64,000 nucleotides of DNA, from assembly GCA_951406725.2 (NCBI GenBank), contig OX597832.1, positions 992,001 through 1,056,000 of the forward strand, written 5' to 3'. The notes below the pieces were generated by a model, which worked only from the letters and a program-made list of their open reading frames with translations, was not told where the DNA came from and did no database searches. Position numbers and translations under genes: made by a program. Below are positions 12,911-26,374 of this stretch, piece after piece. Source of the DNA: Octopus vulgaris (lineage: Eukaryota). Position 1 is the first letter of the stretch, and every line of letters begins with the position of its first letter.

Positions 12911-14142
12911 CACTCACCAAGGTCAGATAATTTCCTTTAACCAAAGGAATTCTCATGGACATAAGACGCTTGTTAATCCCAACTGGGAATTCTTCCAACT
13001 TGTCCACAAGAGTAGTCTTAACAGCAAATGCCACTCCAGCCTTTCCTCTAAACTCTTCATTCCTCCTTTTCCAAAAGAATGAATATTTTCCACAAGATTC
13101 TGTAAGATGACCATCTCCAGCTAATTTCGTCTCAGATAAAGCAACGATGTCAAGCTCATAGCGTTGAAGCTTCTTCGCAACAAGCGCAGTCCTTCGTCAA
13201 GCAGCGTCCGTACATTCCAACAGCCAATATTCAATATTTTATTTGGTTCTATCACAGTAGCATGATGACGGCCGGGTTCAGACTGTGATGCTCTGGAGCC
13301 CCTGCCGGGCCAGACTCTTCCATCTGATGTGGTTCCAGAGTCCTTACTGCCATTTATTTTTATACTGTTTTGGTACGTCAATGATTATTTGCTTTTTAAG
13401 GCTACAGCCAGCCATTCAGTTGAGACACACAGCACTATCAGCAATCATGAATTAGTTAATCAATTTAATCAATCAATCAATCAATGTTGTTATCGTGCAA
13501 TGCTTGTGCAAGAAGATTTTTTTAAAGTGAGGAAAGGCTGTGCACTGAGTCAATCCCACTCACTAAGCAACAGCAGCCATAATCCGAAAAGAAGAACAAG
13601 TCAACATCATCGGTAACCACTGAGCCGCAGGTTTTATATCGGAGTTATCCCAGTTACCTGAGTTGCCTTCTCCTAGAAGGATGCCCTAACAAAGGCTAGG
13701 GGTCCTTCACTCCCAATGGTTTAACCGCGCGATCGGCTATTAAGTCCGATTATTTCTGCCCCGCGCATGATACAGCCATAAGCTGGATAAGATAGATATT
13801 AGGAAAAAAACATACGATATATAAAAATATTGATATACAAAATATACATAAAATATACGATGTGAAGTATATAAAAATATATATATAATGAGAAAACTAT
13901 AAAAATATACAATATATCAAATTAGTGAGAAAAAGGGATATATACAGTAAATATATAATTACACATATACTGGGATGGCCGTTGACTCTCAAGAGTTCCT
14001 CCGCCCTTTGATGGGTTTTGTTTTTCATCCCGCAGGGTGTCCAATAAACACCTTCCGCACCAAGCAAGCTTGGTGGGGTTGCCGGTTTAGTCGCCGACGG
14101 CCCGACCATGCGACAGGTTGTACTGGGCTACAAGTGACCTGA

Positions 14143-15770
<1,628 letters not shown>

Positions 15771-15774
15771 AAAA

Positions 15775-16960
15775 AACCGAGCTTTCAGAAATTTTTTTTT
15801 CTCGGCAGATTCCTAGGTTTTCGATGACGGAGATTCCGAATATGTCAAAAAACCCATTTTCAAAATTTTAAATTCCTCACCCCCACCCAAATTTTTTATT
15901 TTTAACTTTTTTTGAATTTTTTTTTCCAATCTACGTGAGGAAATACGGAGATTAACAATACGGCCAAAAAATTAATTGATTTCAAATTTTATATGAAAAA
16001 CTCCAAAATTAATCCACACACCCTTCACCACCCAATAAAAAAAGGTGCGCGCGAAACAATCGCTACAGCTCACTGAAAATTAATGGGTGGGGAGGTAACC
16101 CATGAGCTCCACTCATTTTTAGTTAGACGCGCAAAATAACAGCCAATCTCCAGCTTTTTTTCCTTCTGCTAGCAAATTCGGAAATAACGGTTGGGAAAAA
16201 AAATTATTTCACAAAATTCCAATAGTTATATCTACAAAAATATCTTATTTGAACAGTTCAACATATAAATAGAAAAACTAAAATTGAATAACAGAACAAA
16301 AGACACGTTACAGGGAAAAAACATGCACAATTAAAATGACTTGCAATAAACTGGAATTCACTAAGGATAAACCTCAGGAATATGTCTCAGAAAAGTGTGG
16401 AAATTCTGAAGTTCCTTTTTGACCGTTATGTTGTAAAACTCCCTATACATGCATTCGTCAACATTGTATTTCCCCCGTTGAACCACTTATATATTTAACA
16501 AATATTTTCATTCGCGACCAATAGGCCTCTATGCGATTTGTACATGCCCCGGTGATCGGAACTACGAAATTTGGGGAATGATTTACTGTATAGTGAATGT
16601 AACCGAGTGTGTAGCGATTACGATAGCTTGGCCAATTGTTAATTATAACAGTAGTTCCTGGAAGAACGTTTTGTCTGATAACATTCTCCAACGTCTCTGT
16701 ACTCCTATTGGGTACACGTTGAAGAAATCCTTTTCTGGTTGTGGTGTCATAACACCTGGCAACCCAAGTTTTGCAGCATATTCTTCCTTTTGAAGAACAA
16801 GCTCTCATCGATCTCCACTATATGATCCGGATCACCAAGGGCAGTTTTATCCTGCAGCAGTTTTGCCGAACAAGCATCTCTACAGAACTGGTACTACTGA
16901 ACGGCAGTTTTTACATCAATGCCATTCATACTTGCAGATATCGTCACAGGTAATTCGGAA
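15775..16960 (-). mobile_element. Merlin (IS1595/ISXO2-like) DNA transposon relic
   Basis: 16458-16808 encodes VPNRSTETL..VIRQNVLPGTTV...TVNHS.NFV.P.TGACTNRIEAYWSRMK, characteristic of IS1595-family DDE transposases. Termini not identified. Confidence 0.82.
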
Positions 16961-16963
16961 ATG

Positions 16964-17575
16964 GGATCTTTTCACTTTGAGCGGCAGATTTTTTAAATAA
17001 TTTCTTTGTAACTAAACACTTTTAAACTTCGTATACTGGTAGTGTGTTACATAAAACATCTTTTTCTCTTGGCTTTCTTGAGAAAATTCTGTAGTTAGGG
17101 GTTTGGGTTAGGGGTGGAGGAAGGGTATCTTTTTTCTTCAGAAATGTAAATAAACCAAATCTGTTTCTTAAACGAATATATATGTAATGTGTGTATCTGT
17201 GCAACAGAGAGAGAAATTAAAACTGCATATGTTGTGAACTTAGAATATGTGTTTATTAATAAAAGTCTAATAACGATAATCTTTTATTCATACGAACGTA
17301 ACTGATATGAAATATGTCATAAATAACAGTGACAAATTCATATGACACCGCCAGAAAATGTTGTTGACAAAATACGGCATATATTGTATTCACCTCAATA
17401 GACGTCATTGGTTGAAATTGCCGAAATGCAAGAAATTAAACAACAAATAGCTTATTTTCACTTGGCTTTTCTGAGAAAATTGTAATTTGTAAGTTTAACG
17501 TAGTTTAATTCTTCCAATTTTAACCAATGAATCGCCAGTATTTGAGCTCAAATCATTTGTATTTGAGCTCAAATC
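16964..17575. mobile_element. Rearranged copy of the Merlin-type TTAGGG MITE
   Basis: Starts GGATCTTTTCACTTTGAGCGGCAGATTTT (TIR). Shares segments with 1673-2117 in both orientations, e.g. CTTCAGAAATGTAAATAAACC and CACCTCAATAGACGTCATTG. Confidence 0.8.
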
Positions 17576-17579
17576 ATAT

Positions 17580-19590
17580 ATCCACCAGAAATAGTCGTGA
17601 TGTGGTTGGTGGCAGCCATTTTACTGAACATGGAGGATAGAATTACTATCCTCCAAGCTAACTAGTTGCACCAACAGAACTGGTGGAGCTAAGGCCTAGA
17701 ACTTATTATATAGGTCACCCAGAAAAAAACCTTGAAGATATACCAGACCAGGTAATTTTACCCGACGAAATCGCATTAAGAGGGGGAAAAAATTCGATGT
17801 TATAAATTTGGGCAAAAGAATTATACAAGGTCCAATTACCCACAAGGTCAACAACAAACGGTGCTCCCTCCACCCAGTAATCCCATAGAACTCGAGACTT
17901 CAGAAGAAGACATAAAGACGCTAGCCAACACATCGCCAAAAAAAAAAACCACAACGGAAACCCCAAGAGAGGAAACGAAAGAGTCCAAAAGAGACGCTCA
18001 AGAGAGTGAAGCCAACTATAATGAATGGACAGTAACCAAATAAAGACAGAAAAGAAAAATACATCCCCCACACACATTAACATCACAGACACCTATACAG
18101 CAACACCCACTACACATCAACTCCAAACACCCAGCCCAGTACCCACAAATGCAGTCATCAATATCACAGCAATTAACATAGACAGCACTATTTTAGTCGA
18201 ACTCACACACAACCAACACATCACCCCTTATACAACCCCATCAAACCCAAACATACCCGACAACATTTCATTCATTAATATAAATAATATCTCATACATA
18301 GACCTAAAAAAAGCTACCCAAACGACACTGGATCCCTATAAACATCTTTTTCTAGATATCTATAATCTAAACTAAAGGGGAATACCTCACAAGCCACTAC
18401 GGAAGAGGAGGGTTTACCATCACTACTCAACGAATAAATATCGTAAGTAAATGAATTCATTATGTTCTCGCTGAAGCTTGGCAGCATAAATGTGCATGAC
18501 TTAGGACTGAACTGGAAGTAAGGTCGCTTCCTAAATGATCTCAGGTCACGGAACCTGGATGTAATAGTCACTAGTGAAACCAAAATGAATGGGCCACAGA
18601 CTTTCTCATCCCTCCTCAATGGCTACGAGAAATATATTTCTCAATGCCAGCCTGGGTGGGATGGATTGCGGTCTTATTTGGTAAAAATTTAGATTTAGAG
18701 ATTAGAACAATCTTTGTAGACCCGAAGGGCAGACTGGTCGTCCTTGATGTGAGGCATAGCAGCGGCAGTGCCTTCAGACTGGCAGCTGTCTATGCATCAT
18801 GTGCAACTAGACAGTCTATTTCAAACACCTAGAGAATTTCCTGTGAGCGTCACACACTTTAGTCGTAACAGGTGACTTTAACACAATCTTAGTTGTGCGT
18901 GTAGATTGTGTTGGCTCAAGTACTAATAGAAAGAGGAACCCTTGCTTCACAAATCCACTCAGTCGCTATATCTGGCTGACAGATATAGACTGAATTACTT
19001 GAACGCTCCAATGCAGACATGGGTTAATAGCAACATATCTTCCAGGTCATACTTAGATGGGGTATTTATTAGACTAGCCGACAAAAATAGTTTTAGTTAT
19101 GCACAAGTCAGTATTGTCACCTACACAAATGACACATTCGTGACCTGTTGGCTCGACTTAGATAGCCTTCCTAGATAGGGCCCCGGTTACTGGAAACTAA
19201 ACAAATAACTCCTAGCCTGTAACGCTTACAGCAACCGGATTAGGGAGTTAGTCAGAGGGCATTAACAGGCACCATCTTAAATAACAACTGGTGGTACGCC
19301 CTCAAAAGAGCCATAAAATTTGAGTCAATTAGGTTTAGCAAAGAATCAGTTCTTAAGAAAAATAGAGTAGAAAGGAAATTAGGTCTCTAGAAAAGGCAAT
19401 GAAGGCAAGCAGTGAAACCAATGTGCTGGCAGCAAGGTTGGTCCTCGACCAACACCTCAATGCCAAACACGAAGGATGTATTGTCAGATCTAAGATACGC
19501 GCAATGGGACAACAGAGAATCAATGCCGCCTGATGGACCCGAGTGGTAGAAGCTCAACATGGCAAGGATGCTACCATAAGGTCTTTGCTT
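17580..19590 (+). mobile_element. Tx1/L1-clade LINE internal fragment (ORF1 end, ORF2 endonuclease region), decayed
   Basis: Reverse-complement homologue of 1-1130; ORF2 start ATGTTCTCGCTGAAGCTTGGCAGC at ~18462; APE segments DPKGRLVVLDV, GDFN and SYLD, then GPGYWKLN. Confidence 0.88.
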
Positions 19591-19650
19591 GTGTGTGTGT
19601 GTATATATACATATTTATACATATATATATATGTATGTATATATATATAT

Positions 19651-19789
19651 AACTTATAAACAAGGGCAAAAGAAAAAAATTTCTAATGCCAAATATGCCG
19701 AAAATAGACAAAGGCAATGAAGGCAATGAAAATAGACAAAGGCATATTTGGCATTAGAATTTTTTTTCTTTTGCCCTTGTTTATAAGTT
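19651..19789. repeat. 49-bp-arm inverted repeat with an internally duplicated 41-bp spacer
   Basis: AACTTATAAACAAGGGCAAAAG...AAATATGCC (19651-19699) versus GGCATATTT...CTTTTGCCCTTGTTTATAAGTT (19741-19789). Confidence 0.9.
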
Positions 19790-19887
19790 GTTTATAAATT
19801 TAACCTTTAAAGGTATTTTTTAATATGCTGGCCATTGATAGAATTTTTTTTGAAAAATTTCATCCTATATTATATAAATATATATAT

Positions 19888-20085
19888 GGATTTCGTAGAC
19901 AGAAACTGAAAGAAATCAATCGTATATATATGTACGTATATATGTAAGTATATGTGTGTCTTTGTCTCTGTGTTTCGGCCTCATCACTGCTTCACAACTG
20001 CTGTTCATTTATTTACATCCCCATAACTTACTGGTTTCAGAAGAAGAAACTAATAGAATAAATACCAGGCTTATCAACATAAAAA
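19888..20085 (+). mobile_element. SINE fragment (same family as 36125-36529)
   Basis: GGATTT.GTAGAC.GAAACTGAAAGAA, a (TA)/(TG) tract and GATAGAATAA-like segments match the SINE core. Confidence 0.75.
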
Positions 20086-20150
20086 AGCACTAGGCTGTGT
20101 CTCATATTTTTGTTTACCCACTCAGTTGTATCTATCAATTTATATTTGTG

Positions 20151-20204
<54 letters not shown>

Positions 20205-20283
20205 TGTGTGTGTGTGTGTGTATAATACACACACACGCGTGCACACACATATATATACATGTATGTATATGTGCATATTCATA

Positions 20284-21970
20284 TCTATTATATAAAAGTC
20301 AATGTCTTTATGTGTGTTCGTATGTTACTTATACATTTGAAAACTGCTGCACCGATCATAATGAAATTTGGAACACAAAATCCAAGCCTAGGGAGAAGCG
20401 TAATGCTGTGTGTTTCATACAATTTCATGGACCAAAATTACTGAATGGATCCTTATGATATTTGAAACTTAGATTCAATGCATAAGGGCGAGTATAATGC
20501 AATATGTTTGGTTTGAATTTCAGATGGCTTAAAGGGGGCAGAACCCCCATGAAAATTCATAAATTTTCAATGTTGATGAAATTTCAACCATGGGTAATTG
20601 ACACATATCAAGTAGGTTTCTCAAAGTTTCCACTTCACATGAGGATTTTATGACACCCTAATGGGGGCCTTAAATCCCAAATTTTAGTCATTTCTTTTAT
20701 GATCCAAAACTACATCAAAAGTTCTGAATGGATCTTTACGAAATTTGGAAATTATATTCTATGCATAAGGGTCATAATCCCCATGACAATTCATATATTT
20801 TTGCTGTTGATGAAATTTTAACCATAGATATTAGATATAAATGAAGTAATATTTATAAAATTTCATCTTCTTACAAGTTAGAAAGACCCCTCCATGGGGA
20901 CTGAACACCCGCAATTTAGTTATTTTATCTAAGCAAAGACGAATACAGTTGTACTCTTGGAAGCTGTAGGGTCACCCGAGCATAAAAGATGAGCATTATT
21001 TGTAATTCAATGGTACAACAGTGTAACAGTTTGCTTTGACATACACTTAGATTGTGATTTCTGCAATGTGCTGCATAAATTGTCAAGTAAATGAGAAGCA
21101 TCTTTGCCTCCACTGATTCAGTTGCAAAGTGTTGAGTAATGTTATTTGATTGCAGATCTCTTTTCAGTCTTTTTATTATCACTGGGTCACACATAGTCCC
21201 CAGATGGTGACATTGATTTCAAGGCCTTCCCAGATGAGTGACTGGTTATTCAAAGACATTTATAGATTGTAAATTTATTCTGTCCAGTTACGTATCAGTA
21301 TTGTGGTCATTTGCAAACTCCAGAGGTGACACTTTCATTCCTCCTTAGCCCTCACGTCACACAGTTGTTAATGTTTATTTCAGTTGGGTCACGCCCTTCC
21401 AATTGCTATAGATTCGTAATGCATCTTACGGCTGTGTCTGTCACCTGGATGGTGAGGAATCCTACATTGGGAGTGGTAATGACAAGGGTAGGGTAACTGA
21501 CTGCTTATTGCGATCATTCGTCTTTTGGTTTCCTGCAGCTTTGCTATCTTTTACAAACCCAGTGAACATATATTTCCTATTTCAAAGAAATTCAAACAAT
21601 AGATATAAGACCCAAGTTAAAAATATTCTCAACAATTCAACTTCTCTGATTGACATTAAGACACCTACCCCGAATAGGGGCCTTAACTCTCACATTTTAG
21701 AGCTCCATGACCTCCATTTTTCAGGAGCAAAATGCTTTTAACAGGTTCTATAAGACTGGGATTTTGGAATATGTGCATAAAAATCAGTAGTGTGGGATAC
21801 ATGTGGCACGATTACAATTTATTTAGGGTGTGTAAAGAGGGAAATAATCCTCATCTGCAATATTCATGAAATTCGAAACATTGGTATTCCAGTTCATTAC
21901 AGAAAATATAACAGAAAAGTCTAATTCTTCAATTGCATGTAACACAGGCAACACCGGGTATCTCTGCTAG
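20284..21970 (+). mobile_element. Non-autonomous Helitron
   Basis: A|TCTATTATATAAAAG 5' end; 3' end CACAGGCAACACCGGGTATCTCTGCTAG|T (degenerate hairpin plus CTAG); inserted between A and T with no TSD; internal subrepeats ~20420-20690 and ~20690-20925. Confidence 0.82.
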
Positions 21971-23020
21971 TATAATATAAAATTTGACATAAACCTCATA
22001 ATGGTAACTTCTAAGTTAGTCACAAATATCACATCCTTGAGGAGTGGACAGTCAATCAAACTGATCCCTTTCAGGCCACAATTATAATGCCGTGGAATCC
22101 TCCCTTCCACTCTAACACTTAATGTCGCTTCTCTGGTCGTGATGGTCCCCACCATGTTTTCTATGTCTTCCGGGGTCACCTCTACTACCATGTCTAGGCT
22201 CTGCCCTTGCTAGTTCCTGTGGGATGTTCTGGTAGTCTGCAGGACCACTACCCTCTCCCTGATGCCTAGTAGTATGGCAGTCACCAGCCTGGCTGCATCC
22301 ACATCTAAGGGGATGTTTTTACCCTAACCCTGGAAGCACGTCTCCTGAGGTATACGGGTAGAAGCACCATTCATCAGTTTTTAACGGTGTTGCTGAGTGC
22401 AGTCCTACCCTACCCACTCTACTCCAACGACTCCCAACTGACACCAACCCTCTTCCTACACCACCTGACATAAACACAAGAACAAACACACACGAGCCTC
22501 AAATTTCGCCACCCCGGCCCTTGGGTAAATTTGTTATATTGTACAATAGGCAAAAGGAACCCTAACTTTGTAATGAGATAGAGACATGGAACAGTCATTA
22601 AAGTGAATGTAGCAGGAGTAGTGGGGTTGTTCGAGGACATTTACTGTGCAGTGGCAGACCTAGTGTATCTTTTGAGATTGAGGAAGAAATTCACATTGAT
22701 TGGTGAGCTAAGAAAATTGACATCAGTACAATGCCTAAAAGGGTAAGTTATTCCTATATTTTAAAGGAATTTAACATAGACATTTTCCCAAAAAGTGGAA
22801 ATTAGGTGTTACAAATGGTATTATCAATGTTATTATAAACTAGTGGTGTAAAAAAAGTTTCTATTGACAGGTTCAATTAAGTTGACTCGGAGGTGGGGCC
22901 GAACGGCTTCATTTCATTTTTTGTTATATGCAATTCATTCTTCCCATTCGTTTAGCTTTTTGTACCCACCTTGTACTGTCCCCACTATGTACAGTTTCCA
23001 TAGTTAATGTCATAAAATAA

Positions 23021-24751
23021 AGCAGTTCACTGTGACTGATTTATTGTTTGTTAGTTGAACTACCGCAAAACACCTGTGGTGTGCGACGTCTTTCCTCTTG
23101 TTTAATGCAAGAACATCGTGTTATGAATTACGACGATTTAAGTTCTTCTTCTTCAGACTTCATGCCGTCTGGGAAAGAAATGGTAAAATATTTAAAAAGA
23201 ATTAACGGGGAAAGGGAAACAAAAGATTATGCTGAAGCCGTAAAAGAAAAAAGTGAAGACGGAAGTCTGGAAGAATTGAGCAAGTTCTAAGAAATACTTA
23301 AAAGGGAGGGAAACGATGTGAAGGTGTTTTCCTCCAAAGAAGTTTTAAAAGAAAAAATGAGAGGACTGGATTATGCGGTGTCTACGAGAAAAATTGGTGT
23401 AGTATCAGCAGCCCAAGTTGAAAAGGCGCTGAGACCAATCTGGCAAGGGATTTCTTACCTTGCCAGGAGAAGAAAGTATGGATTGGTGGAGGTGCCGCTT
23501 CAGGAGATAGATACCGCCAAGCTGAACTCGGCAGCACCGTTAAAACCTGATGAAGTGGTGCTTCTACCCATATACCCTGGGAGACATGCATCCAGGATTA
23601 GGGTAGAAAAAATAGCCCTAGGAGTGCATGTAACCTGGCTGGTGGCTGCCATACGGATATGAATGGAGGAGAGAGTTGTGGTCCTGCAGGCCACCAGAAC
23701 CTTCCACAGAAACTGGCAAGAGCAAAGGCTTGATATGGTAGTACAGGTGGTCCCGGAAGACATTAAAAACACGGTGCAGACCATCACGGTCGGAGGAGTG
23801 ACACTAAGAGTTAGAATAGTAGGGAGGATTCCGCGGTGCTATAATTGCGGCATGAAAGCCACATTACAGCGGATTGTACTCCACTACCTGTGAAGGCTAA
23901 AGAGAGGCACGAAAGGGAGAAAGTAGTTGGTCCTCCACTGCCCATGGAGGCTGAGGAGAAGCAAAAGAAAGAGACTGAAAGTGAACCACAGACAAAAACC
24001 AGTACCAGCGTCAAAGAAGGAGAGGTGAATACCGGCTGGGAAACGGCGGGAAAAAAAGAAGAAAAAGGGCACACGTGGTAAATGACGACACCCATCCCAC
24101 ACCCGACCGGCTCCCATTCATATCCACTCTACCCCAACCACTCCCTACAGGCACCAACCCTCTCCATACCCCACCTGACATAATTACAAACTCAAACACG
24201 CCGGAGCCGCAAATTTCCCCACCCAGGCCCTTGGATAAATTTTTTATATTTGTACGATAGACAAAAAGAAGAACTTCGTAATGAGACAGAGACATGGGAC
24301 GGAGCAATAGAAGTAGATGTAACAAGGGTTGAGGGTTGCCCGAGGACGTTTGCTGTGCAGTGGTGAACCCGGTGTATATTTTGAGATTGAGGAATTACGA
24401 TGAAGAAATTCACTTTGACTGGTGGGTTAAAAAAATAGCAATCAGCACAAGGCCTAAAAGGGTAAGTTATTCATATATTTAAAGGAATTCAACAAAGACA
24501 TTTCCCCAAAAAGGGGGAAATTAGGTGTTACAAATGGTATTATCAATGTTATTATAAACTAGCGGTTTGAAATAAAAAAAATTTTTTTTAATGTATTAAC
24601 AGGTTCAATGAAGTCGCTCAGAAATGCGGCCAAACGGTTTCATTTGATTTTTCATTATATTCAATTCATCCTACCTATTCGTTTTGTTTTTTGTCCCCAT
24701 CTTGTGCTGTCCCCTCTATGAAAGGCGTCCATAGCCAATATCATAAAACGA
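23021..24751 (+). mobile_element. Full-length ORF1-only unit (decayed ORF)
   Basis: Runs from AGCAGTTCACTGTGA (23021) to the next AGCAGTTCA (24752). ORF pieces 23048-23290, 23318-23662, 23663-23893, 23845-24081 and 24075-24260. Confidence 0.85.
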
Positions 24752-25545
24752 AGCAGTTCAATGTGATCGGTATCTTGTTTGTTAGTTGAACTACTGTCTG
24801 TATGAAACGCGTGTTCTAGGTTGTCCTACAGCGGTGGTGTGCGACGTCTTCACTCCTATTTAATGGGAGAGCATTGTGTTATGTTCCCCTCCAAAGATGT
24901 TTCAAAAGAAAAAAGTGAGAGGACGATTATTTACAGGACGTATGTGGTAGCAATGAGAAAAATTCTATTTCCTTAACCCACCAAAGTCAATGACTTCCCC
25001 GTAATTACTCAATCTCAAAAGAAACACCTAGTCCGCCACTGCACAGTAAATGTCCTCGAGCAACCCTCCTACACGTGTTACATCCACTATAATTGCTCTG
25101 TCCCCTGTCTCTATCTTATTACAAAGTTCTTCCTTACAATATAACAAATTTATCCAATGGCCATGGTGGGGAAATTTGCGGCTTCTGTTTGTTTGAGCTT
25201 GTGTTTATGTCAGGTGGGGTATGGAGAGGTTTGGTGACTGTAGGGAGTTGTTGGGGGTAGAGCGGGTGTAGCTGGCGGTCGGGTGGGTGTAGGATGGGAG
25301 TCGTCATGTACCACATGTGTTTCTCCTCTTTCTTCTTTTTCCCCGCCGTTTCCCAGCCGGTATTCACCTCCTTTTCGTCGAGGTTGGTACTGGTCTTTGT
25401 CTGTGGTGTAGTTTTAACCTCCTTCTCTTGCTTCTTTTCAGCCTCCACGAGTAGTGGATGATCAATTAGTTTTTTCCTGTCCTGCTTTGCCTTAGCCTTC
25501 ATAGGTGGTGGAGGACAATCCGCTCAAATGTTGCCATTCAGGCCA

Positions 25546-25774
25546 TGTTACATATTCATATCTATGTGTATACGTAGGTATACGTATGTAGAATACATCC
25601 CCACTTTTGGCACTATTTTGTTAGTAACAGTACGAACTGTGTCTAAAGTATATATGTATCACTACGCTGAATGTTGACAGTTCGTGTAACATGAAAAGTA
25701 AATAAACACGTAAAACAATAACAATGGCTTCATATTGAGTTGTCTATCCCATCAGAACGAAACTACACATAACA
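25546..25774. mobile_element. Solo LTR (229 bp)
   Basis: TGTTA...TAACA termini, 5-bp TSD GGCCA (25541-25545 and 25775-25779), AATAAA at ~25701; interrupts the zinc-knuckle codons of a minus-strand ORF1 copy. Confidence 0.85.
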
Positions 25775-26374
25775 GGCCACATTTATAACACCGCCGTATC
25801 CTCCCTTTCACTCTAACCCTTACTGTCACTTCACCGACCGTGTTGGTCGCCACCATGTTTTCAATGTTTTCCGGGGCCACCTGAACTACCATGTCAAGAC
25901 TCTGCCCCTGCCAGTACCTGTGGTGTGTTCTTGTGGCCTACAGAACCACTACCCTCTACTCCATGCTTAGCAGTATGGCAGCCACCAGCCAGGCTACATT
26001 CACTTCAGGTAGGTATGTCTTCCACTCTAAACCTGGAAGCACATCTCTCAAGATATACAGGTAAAAACACCACTTCATCAGTTTTTAACGGTGTTGCTGA
26101 GGGCAGTCTAACAGTAGCTATCTCTCGAAATGGCACCTCCATCGATCCATACTTTCTTCCCCTGGCAAGTTAAGAAATCCCTTGCCAGACTGGTCTCAGT
26201 GCCTTTTCAACTTGGGCTGCTGACACTACTTCAATTTTTCTCGTTGCCGTCCTCTAATTTTTTTCTTCTAAACCTTCTTTGGGGTAGGAAACACCTTCAC
26301 TTCGTTCCCCTCCGTTTTAATCATTGTGCTGTCCCCTCTATGTAAGTCTTACATAGCTAATATCATAAAATAAT

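Larger units (their letters stand above)
7207..13260 (-). pseudogene. RTE endonuclease-reverse transcriptase ORF (broken)
   Basis: Collinear ORF fragments in several frames. The frame ...NYLTLVSV / YAPT... rejoins exactly across the LTR insertion. Confidence 0.88.
7117..13790 (-). mobile_element. Near full-length RTE-BovB-like LINE, frameshifted and interrupted by an LTR element
   Basis: APE start LNIGCWNVRTLLD (13121-13381); RT motifs NYRGISLLS, LPESQSGFR, FIDLTKTFDTV (8649-9863), QGDILAPTLF and LYADD (8212-8541); RTE C-terminus RLRWSGHLVRM..RMPKQLFYGEL (7602-8297); Cys/His tail (7207-7482). Confidence 0.92.

Noticed and set aside
10134-12913. Duplicated small ORFs (MPSIAVSQ..., MIIAAAF...) as paralogous genes
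   Set aside because: They are incidental frames within the two LTR copies.
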